Below the pieces are notes generated by a model. The model had not been told where the DNA came from and made no database searches. It saw only the letters and a list, made by a program, of their open reading frames with translations. Of a stretch of 33,560 nt of DNA, positions 15,380 through 21,722 are shown one piece after another. The position numbers and the translations under genes were made by a program. Each line of letters starts with the position of its first letter. The first letter of the stretch is position 1. The stretch comes from Patescibacteria group bacterium (GTDB taxonomy: Bacteria > Patescibacteriota > Minisyncoccia > Phycocordibacterales > UBA9973). The DNA is taken from contig JAHJBA010000057.1 in the NCBI GenBank assembly GCA_018813625.1, positions 1 to 33,560 on the forward strand, written 5' to 3'.

Positions 15380-15817
15380 ATGCAGATACATAATTTAAAA
15401 AGACAACATAAGAACAAAAAAGATCGCATGGTTGGCCGTGGAGGAAAACATGCAAAAACATCGGGTCGTGGAGGTAAGGGGCAGACCGCAAGGGCTGGCA
15501 ATAAGCGACGTCCGGAATTACGTGATATCATAAAAAAATTACCGAAAAACCGTGGATATAAATTTAATTCTTTTCAAATAAAACCGGTTGGTGTTTCGTT
15601 TGATAAAATAATGGGAGCATATTCGAATGGTGGGACAGTTGACCCTATTAGTCTACTTGAATTGAAGATAATAAGTAAAAAGAAAGGGATTGTTCCAAAA
15701 GTTAAAATTTTGAACGGCAAAAAAGACTTTAACTTAAAAATAAAAATTTCAAAGTGTTTTGTTTCTGATTCTGTTAAAAAAAAGATAGCAGAATTGGGCG
15801 GAGAAATTGAACTATAA
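15380..15817 (+). CDS. rplO: 50S ribosomal protein L15
   Basis: GRGGKHAKTSGRGGKGQTARAG motif; position before secY. Confidence 0.93.
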   Translation: MQIHNLKRQHKNKKDRMVGRGGKHAKTSGRGGKGQTARAGNKRRPELRDIIKKLPKNRGYKFNSFQIKPVGVSFDKIMGAYSNGGTVDPISLLELKIISKKKGIVPKVKILNGKKDFNLKIKISKCFVSDSVKKKIAELGGEIEL

Positions 15818-15821
15818 AAAT

Positions 15822-17093
15822 ATGCAAAATTTTCTTAAAAAAATAAAATTAGTTTGGACAGATCATTCTTTGCGAAAAAAGATTTTATTTGTGCTTCTTT
15901 CTTTAGTTGCTTTTAGATTACTTGCTTCGATTCCCATACCGGGAATCGATACACTAGAGCTTGATAGGTTTTTGACCAATAATCAGTTTTTTGGTATTTT
16001 AAATATATTTTCTGGAGGAGGACTTTCCAATCTTTCTATAATAATGCTTGGCGTCGGTCCATACATTACAAGCTCAATTATTATGCAGTTGCTTACTATT
16101 ATGGTTCCGGCTTTAAAAAAGCTTTACCACGAAGAAGGGGAGCTGGGAAAGAAAAAATTTACCCAGTATTCGAGGATTCTTACTGTCCCATTGGCAGCTA
16201 TTCAAGGTTTTAGTCTTTTGGCGATTTTAGAGGGTCAGAAGATTTTAGTTAATCTAACTTTATTTGACAGGGTAACAAATTTGATTATTGTGGTTGCTGG
16301 CTCAATGCTTCTAATGTGGATAGGTGAGCTTATCTCAGAATTTGGTATTGGTAATGGAGTTTCCCTCTTAATTTTTGCTGGTATAATAGCTGGTATTCCG
16401 TCACATGTGAGTCAGCTTATTTTTACTTTTGATGTTTCTCAAATTCCTCTTTATATTTTATTTATTGCCGTTGGGGCGCTTGTTGTTGCTGGAGTTGTTG
16501 TTGTCACGGAGGCGGAGCGTCCAATTCCTGTAACCTATGCAAAGCGTGTAAGGGGAATGAAAATGTATGGGGGTGGTTCAACATATTTACCGCTTCGCGT
16601 AAATCAGGCTGGGGTTATTCCAATAATTTTTGCACTTTCTATTTTACTCTTTCCGCAGATGATAGGTAATTTTTTGGCTGGCTCAACTAACGCAGTTGTA
16701 ATGAAAATTTCTCATGCATTAGTTTCGTTTTCACAAACAGGCTTGTTATATGCTGTTCTGTATTTTATATTAGTATTTTTATTTACTTATTTTTATACTG
16801 CAGTTACTTTTGACCCAGAGGCTCTTTCTACTAATTTACAAAAAAACGGGGCTTTTATTCCGGGCATTCGACCAGGTGCTTCTACTTCAGCTTATATTTC
16901 AAAGGTTTTAAATCGTATTACCATGATGGGAGCAATATTTTTGGGTGTAATTGCAATCCTTCCTTTAATTATGCGTGCGATGACAGGTATTACGGCCATA
17001 GCTCTCGGCGGAACGGCACTTCTCATTGTGGTTTCTGTTGTTCTTGATTTGATCAAAAAAGTGGACGCGCAAATCTCGATGCGGGAGTATTAA
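15822..17093 (+). CDS. secY: Preprotein translocase subunit SecY
   Basis: Multi-TM protein; GIGNGVSLLIFAGI motif. ATG at 15822 is preferred over the TTG at 15807, which overlaps rplO. Confidence 0.95.
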   Translation: MQNFLKKIKLVWTDHSLRKKILFVLLSLVAFRLLASIPIPGIDTLELDRFLTNNQFFGILNIFSGGGLSNLSIIMLGVGPYITSSIIMQLLTIMVPALKKLYHEEGELGKKKFTQYSRILTVPLAAIQGFSLLAILEGQKILVNLTLFDRVTNLIIVVAGSMLLMWIGELISEFGIGNGVSLLIFAGIIAGIPSHVSQLIFTFDVSQIPLYILFIAVGALVVAGVVVVTEAERPIPVTYAKRVRGMKMYGGGSTYLPLRVNQAGVIPIIFALSILLFPQMIGNFLAGSTNAVVMKISHALVSFSQTGLLYAVLYFILVFLFTYFYTAVTFDPEALSTNLQKNGAFIPGIRPGASTSAYISKVLNRITMMGAIFLGVIAILPLIMRAMTGITAIALGGTALLIVVSVVLDLIKKVDAQISMREY

Positions 17094-17099
17094 TTTTTG

Positions 17100-17164
17100 A
17101 CCTGGTAGTGAATTTTGATGATATTTAAATGCGTTTTGCGCGTCATCAAAATCTACTACCGGGT
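17100..17164. repeat. Family C palindromic element, copy C3 (arms in flipped orientation)
   Basis: ACCTGGTAGTGAATTTTGATGA ... GCGTTTTGCGC ... TCATCAAAATCTACTACCGGGT. Preceded by TTGAC; the last T begins the TTGATT -35 box. Confidence 0.85.
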
Positions 17165-17192
17165 TGATTATTTTCTAAAAAGTGTGTATTCT
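17164..17192 (+). promoter_or_regulatory. Sigma70-like promoter of adk; geometry predicts a leaderless mRNA
   Basis: TTGATT (17164-17169), 17-nt spacer, TATTCT (17187-17192), then 6 nt to the ATG at 17199. Confidence 0.55.
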
Positions 17193-17198
17193 TTTGAT

Positions 17199-17783
17199 AT
17201 GAATTCAAAAGCTTTTTTGTTTTTTGGACGATCGGGGTGTGGAAAAGGCACCCAAGCTAAACTCTTGGCAGATTTTTTAAGGGATAAAGGGAGAAAGGTG
17301 GTTTATGTGGAGACAGGGGGTCGGTTTCGAGAATTTATGAAAAAAGAAAGTTATTCTAGTCAATTGACACAAAATATTTTACATGAAGGAGGTTTGTTGC
17401 CGGTTTTTTTACCTATCTGGCTTTGGACCAATATTTTGGTTGATAATTTTTCTGGTGAAGAGGATTTAATTTTAGATGGATTATGCAGGAGAAAAGAGGA
17501 ATCAATGGCACTTGATTCTGCTTTTGATTTTTATAAAATCGAGAGACCGAATATCATTTTAATGAATGTCTCTAGAGAATGGTCTTTTGATAGAATGATG
17601 AAAAGAAAGCGCCCAGATGACACGCCGGAGAAGATACAAAATCGCCTAGATTGGTTTACAAAAGATGTTATGCCTGCGATTGATTATTTTCGTGAGAAGC
17701 CGGAATGTAATTTTATTGAAGTAAACGGAGAACAGTCTATTGAAGACGTGCACAAGGATATCATTAAAGCCTTAGGACTGTAA
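17199..17783 (+). CDS. adk: Adenylate kinase-like nucleoside monophosphate kinase
   Basis: MNSKAFLFFGRSGCGKGTQAKLL P-loop; position after secY. The track start at 17115 runs through repeat C3. Confidence 0.85.
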   Translation: MNSKAFLFFGRSGCGKGTQAKLLADFLRDKGRKVVYVETGGRFREFMKKESYSSQLTQNILHEGGLLPVFLPIWLWTNILVDNFSGEEDLILDGLCRRKEESMALDSAFDFYKIERPNIILMNVSREWSFDRMMKRKRPDDTPEKIQNRLDWFTKDVMPAIDYFREKPECNFIEVNGEQSIEDVHKDIIKALGL

Positions 17784-17856
17784 TACTTGTCCCGTATGAA
17801 ATTTTTGATTAAACGAAATAAAGATGAATACAAAAAATAAAAATTTTCATACTGGG
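17783..17856 (+). repeat. Family B hairpin element, copy B3 (divergent; between adk and the pyrH-like gene)
   Basis: ATACTTGTCCCGTATGAAATTTTTGATTAAACGAAATAAAGATGAATACAAAAAATAAAAATTTTCATACTGGG followed by ATG at 17857. Both arms changed in a compensatory way. Confidence 0.8.
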
Positions 17857-18537
17857 ATGGAAGAAATAATAATCATTTCACTCGGAGGTTCACTCATTAT
17901 TCCCGATCAGATAGATGTGGATTTTTTGAAAGACTTCAAAAATCTGATTCTTTTGCATATTTCACAAGGGAAAAAATTTATAATCATAACCGGCGGTGGA
18001 AAGATCTGCAGAAGGTATCAAGAAGTTGCTAAAGAAATTTCGAATCCCTCAAATGAAGACTTAGATTGGATAGGGATTGCTTCTCTTAAACTAAATGCGG
18101 AACTGCTCAGGGTTATTTTTAGTGAAAAGGCACACGAAAAAGTTGTTAGTGATCCACACCAGAAATTGTCTTTTGAAAAGCCGATTATCATTTGTTCAGC
18201 TTATAAGCCTGGAAGGAGTACGGATTGGGATACCGTGATAGTGGCCAAGAATGTTGGTGCCAAAAAAGTAATCAATCTTTCGAACATTGACTATGTTTAT
18301 GATTCTGACCCGAAGATAAACCCAAATGCTAAAAAGATAGAAAAGATATCTTGGGCGGAATATCGTTCAATTATCCCAAAAGAATGGAATCCAGGCTTAA
18401 ATACTCCTTTTGACCCTATTGCTTCAGAAATGGCTGAAAAAGAGGGAATGCAGGTCGTAATTATGAACGGCAAGCCAGTGAGTAATTTAGCTAAGTGTTT
18501 GAATGGCGAGAAGTTTCTTGGAACGATAATAGAATGA
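17857..18537 (+). CDS. pyrH: Amino-acid-kinase-fold protein, archaeal-type UMP kinase-like
   Basis: MEEIIIISLGGS..., ITGGGK, ...SDPKINPNAKKIEKIS... and ...GTIIE resemble archaeal-type uridylate kinases of ~225 aa. The start is chosen at the ATG that follows repeat B3. Confidence 0.7.
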   Translation: MEEIIIISLGGSLIIPDQIDVDFLKDFKNLILLHISQGKKFIIITGGGKICRRYQEVAKEISNPSNEDLDWIGIASLKLNAELLRVIFSEKAHEKVVSDPHQKLSFEKPIIICSAYKPGRSTDWDTVIVAKNVGAKKVINLSNIDYVYDSDPKINPNAKKIEKISWAEYRSIIPKEWNPGLNTPFDPIASEMAEKEGMQVVIMNGKPVSNLAKCLNGEKFLGTIIE

Positions 18538-20201
18538 ACGAAAAAAACGAAAAAAAAATATGTAAGACTTGTGGAAAGGATTTTGAAATAAGAAAAGAGG
18601 ATTTTATATTTTTTAAACAGGTAAAAACTGCGTCACCACTAGATTGTCCTGATTGTCGCATGGCGAGGCGTTTAGTGTTTCGGAATGAAAGAACTCTTTA
18701 TAAGAGAGCGTGTGATCTTTGTAAAAGAGATTTAATAACAGTTTATTCGCCAGAATCAGATTTTAAGGTTTATTGTCATGATTGTTGGTGGAGTGATTCT
18801 TGGGATCCAAAAAGCTTTGCGATGAATTATGATTTAAATAAATCTTTTTTTGAACAATATAAAGAGTTACAAAAAAAAGTTCCTAGACAAAGCATGGCAG
18901 CGGTAAATAATGTTAGAAGTGATTATACTAATGGTTCTGCGGAAAATAAAGACTGTTATTTAATTTTTGCTGCTGATTATAATGAGGACTGCATGTATGG
19001 TAGGTTGCTTCAAAGAGATAAAAATTGTCTTGATTGTGCTTTTTTGCATGAATCAGAACTTTGTTATGAATGTATTGATTCTAGAAGTTGTTTTAAGTGT
19101 ATGTTTTGCGAGCAATGTCAGTCATCAAGTGATTTGCTGTTTTGTTATAATATGAGAGATTCAAATAATTGTATTCTTTGTACAAATGGAAGACATTTAT
19201 CTAATTCAATTTTAAATGTTAAATATTCTAAAGAAGAATTTGAAAAGAAAAAAGCTGAAATTCTTTCTAGTTATGAAAATATTGAAAAAGCAAAAGAAGA
19301 GTTTTCTGAATTAAAGAAAAATACTATTGTAAAATATGCTTGTCAAACAAAATGTAACGAGGTTACTGGTAATTATTTACACAATTGTCATCAGGGAATA
19401 ATGCTTTATGATACTTATGATTCAAAAAACTGTTCTTATATGACAGATACCGAAAGTCCTATTGACAGTCAAGACTGTAATAATTATTATTATAAACCAC
19501 AATTTGGATATAACGTTATGGGAGCATTAGAAGGTAGTCAATTAAAAAATAGTGCTTTCGTTTTTTATTGTAACGAAGTTGAATATTGTGAAAATTGTCA
19601 TCATTTAATAAACGGGATAGGATGTAGCGCTATTCGCAGAGGGGAATATATGATTCTTAACAAACAATACACAAAAGAAGAATATTATAAGTTGAAAGAA
19701 AAGATAGAAGAACAGATGAAAAAGGAAGGAACTTACGGGCAATTTTTTCCAGCTGAACTTGCGCCGTTCGGATATAATGAAACATTAGCGCAAGATTATA
19801 TTCCATTAAAAAAAGAAGAAGCTTTGAAAAGAGGTTTTAGTTGGCAAGAAAAAATAACAGGTACTTATGGAAAAGAAACCATTAAAAAAAGCGAGATACC
19901 AAGTTCTATAGAAAATATAGATGAAAGTATTTTAAAAGAAATATTAGTGTGTGAAGAATGTAATAAAAATTTTAGAATTACTGAAGCAGAGTTAAGTTTT
20001 TACAAAAGAATGCATTTACCATTACCACATAAAGATTTTGAGTGTAGACATAAAGATAGAATGTTAAAGAGAAATCCACGTAAACTCTGGCATAGAAAAT
20101 GCATGAAAGAAGGTTGTAAGAATGAATTTGAGACAAGTTATGCACCTGATCGACCAGAGATTGTATATTGTGAGGACTGTTATAAAAAAGAGGTATACTA
20201 A
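18534..20201 (+). CDS. Cysteine-rich protein (555 aa) with homologous zinc-ribbon-like modules at both termini; function unknown
   Basis: The ATG overlaps the pyrH-like stop (ATGA at 18534-18537). N-terminal CKTCGKDF...CPDCR...CDLC...CHDCWW and C-terminal CEECNKNF...ECRHKDR...CEDCY. The central region is dense in C-x2-C. Confidence 0.8.
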   Translation: MNEKNEKKICKTCGKDFEIRKEDFIFFKQVKTASPLDCPDCRMARRLVFRNERTLYKRACDLCKRDLITVYSPESDFKVYCHDCWWSDSWDPKSFAMNYDLNKSFFEQYKELQKKVPRQSMAAVNNVRSDYTNGSAENKDCYLIFAADYNEDCMYGRLLQRDKNCLDCAFLHESELCYECIDSRSCFKCMFCEQCQSSSDLLFCYNMRDSNNCILCTNGRHLSNSILNVKYSKEEFEKKKAEILSSYENIEKAKEEFSELKKNTIVKYACQTKCNEVTGNYLHNCHQGIMLYDTYDSKNCSYMTDTESPIDSQDCNNYYYKPQFGYNVMGALEGSQLKNSAFVFYCNEVEYCENCHHLINGIGCSAIRRGEYMILNKQYTKEEYYKLKEKIEEQMKKEGTYGQFFPAELAPFGYNETLAQDYIPLKKEEALKRGFSWQEKITGTYGKETIKKSEIPSSIENIDESILKEILVCEECNKNFRITEAELSFYKRMHLPLPHKDFECRHKDRMLKRNPRKLWHRKCMKEGCKNEFETSYAPDRPEIVYCEDCYKKEVY

Positions 20202-20203
20202 AA

Positions 20204-20276
20204 ATACTTGTCCCGTACTGAATTTTTGATTACGGGGCATAAAGATGAAGATTATTAATAAAATTTTAGTACTGGG
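20204..20276 (+). repeat. Family B hairpin element, copy B4 (between the Cys-rich ORF and map)
   Basis: ATACTTGTCCCGTACTGAATTTTTGATTACGGGGCATAAAGATGAAGATTATTAATAAAATTTTAGTACTGGG followed by the ATG of map. Confidence 0.85.
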
Positions 20277-21047
20277 ATGGCAATAATAATTAAAACACCA
20301 GAGGAAATAAAAATAATAAGAGAAGGAGGGAAAAGACTCGCTACTGTTTTAAACAAAGTTAAGGAGATGGTTGCTCCTGGTATTTCGACTAAGGATTTGG
20401 ACGATTATGCAAGAAAGCTTATCAGTGAGATGGGAGACTATCCATCTTTTTTAAATTATTCACCCGATGGTGCCAGCAAGCCCTATCCAGCGGCTCTTTG
20501 CGTATCGGTTAATGATGAAGTTGTACACGGCATTCCTAACAAAGATAGAATTTTGCAAGAAGGAGATATCGTTTCTATAGATCTGGGATTGAAGCATAAA
20601 AATCTTTTTACCGACATGGCCATGACAGTTTCGGTTGGCGAAATAAGTTCGTCTTCAAAGAAGCTTTTAGAAACAACGGAGAGGGCATTGTATGTTGGAA
20701 TAAATGCTGTGCGAGCAGGAAATAGAATAGGAGATATAGGTCATGCTATAGAAAGTTTTGTTCGTCCACATAGGTATGGCATTGTAGAAGTTTTGGCGGG
20801 GCATGGTGTTGGTAAGGCGGTTCACGAGGATCCATATATTACAAATTTTGGCAAAAAGGGAATGGGGGAGAAATTAGTTCCAGGTATGGTTATAGCCATA
20901 GAGCCGATGATAAATAATGGAACTAAAAATGTGACCCTAGATAAGGACGGTTATACTTTTCGTACCGCAGACGGAAAAAAGAGTGCACACTTCGAGCACA
21001 CCATTCTTGTCACGGAAGGGGAGCCAGAAATCTTGACTCGAATATAA
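20277..21047 (+). CDS. map: Type I methionine aminopeptidase
   Basis: 256 aa; HGIPN, DxG...D, HGVG, EPM and EHT metal-ligand pattern. Confidence 0.96.
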   Translation: MAIIIKTPEEIKIIREGGKRLATVLNKVKEMVAPGISTKDLDDYARKLISEMGDYPSFLNYSPDGASKPYPAALCVSVNDEVVHGIPNKDRILQEGDIVSIDLGLKHKNLFTDMAMTVSVGEISSSSKKLLETTERALYVGINAVRAGNRIGDIGHAIESFVRPHRYGIVEVLAGHGVGKAVHEDPYITNFGKKGMGEKLVPGMVIAIEPMINNGTKNVTLDKDGYTFRTADGKKSAHFEHTILVTEGEPEILTRI

Positions 21048-21057
21048 GTAACAAAAG

Positions 21058-21082
21058 AACCACTCAATTGAGTGGTTTTTTT
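21058..21082. terminator. Hairpin terminator between convergent map and ORF 21096..21611
   Basis: AACCACTC-aatt-GAGTGGTT followed by TTTTTTG; A-rich on the 5' side. Confidence 0.75.
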
Positions 21083-21095
21083 GTTTTATTATTTT

Positions 21096-21611
21096 TTATA
21101 AACTAGGACCTCCCGACAAGGCAGAACCATATTTAATATCTTTTGTGTTTACATATATTGCTTTGTTTGTTTTTGGATCAGGCCCTATTCTTCCGCCAAA
21201 CTTATCTGCTTCAGCTTCGGCCAAAATAGCTTCCATCTCTTTTTGGCTTGGCTCTGTGAAATAACCTTTTTTAATGGCATTTTGAACAATTGCCCCGTGT
21301 CTTACAATAAAGTCTCTTTCTTTTTTATTTTTAAATAAAAACTTATCGGCAAACTTTTCTCCGGTTTCTCTTATTCTTTTTTCGCTGTCTGACAGGAACA
21401 TGCTAGATATTTTTGAACCCAAATCTTTTCGCCTAAGCTTCTCTTGAAGTTTTTTTAACTCCACTAATTCTGCTTGTTCGGAAGCGCTTAAGCTTTCTAC
21501 ATCTTTTATTGCCTCCTTTGCAATTTCTTTAGTATCGCCTCCATCCAATTTATTTTCTTCTTTCACTTCTTCTCCAGTGGCGACCTTTTTTTCTAATTTT
21601 TCCATCTCCAT
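21096..21611 (-). CDS. Hypothetical Glu/Lys-rich protein (171 aa)
   Basis: Intact ORF, divergent from the 935-aa ATPase; no family recognised. Confidence 0.55.
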   Translation of the reverse strand: MEMEKLEKKVATGEEVKEENKLDGGDTKEIAKEAIKDVESLSASEQAELVELKKLQEKLRRKDLGSKISSMFLSDSEKRIRETGEKFADKFLFKNKKERDFIVRHGAIVQNAIKKGYFTEPSQKEMEAILAEAEADKFGGRIGPDPKTNKAIYVNTKDIKYGSALSGGPSL

Positions 21612-21722
21612 AATATTTTTGTGTTTAATTATTTTTATAAAGCGACTTTTAATATTATATACATTTTGATTAATGATTGTCCACTAAACTAGTATACCAA
21701 ATTTAATTTTAAAAGTCAATGG

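Noticed and set aside
17115-17198. Track start of adk at 17115 (28 extra residues).
   Set aside because: The extension runs through palindrome C3 and the predicted promoter. The P-loop-proximal ATG at 17199 gives a normal Adk N-terminus.
18495-18533. GTG start at 18495 for the Cys-rich ORF, and TTG start at 15807 for secY.
   Set aside because: Both overlap the upstream gene substantially. ATGs at 18534 (ATGA stop/start overlap) and 15822 give the expected junctions.
18535-18537. Alternative genetic code (UGA recoded, as in some CPR lineages).
   Set aside because: All conserved genes are full length under the standard bacterial code, and TGA is used as an apparent genuine stop at the pyrH-like gene end. 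There is no sign of in-frame TGA within conserved proteins.
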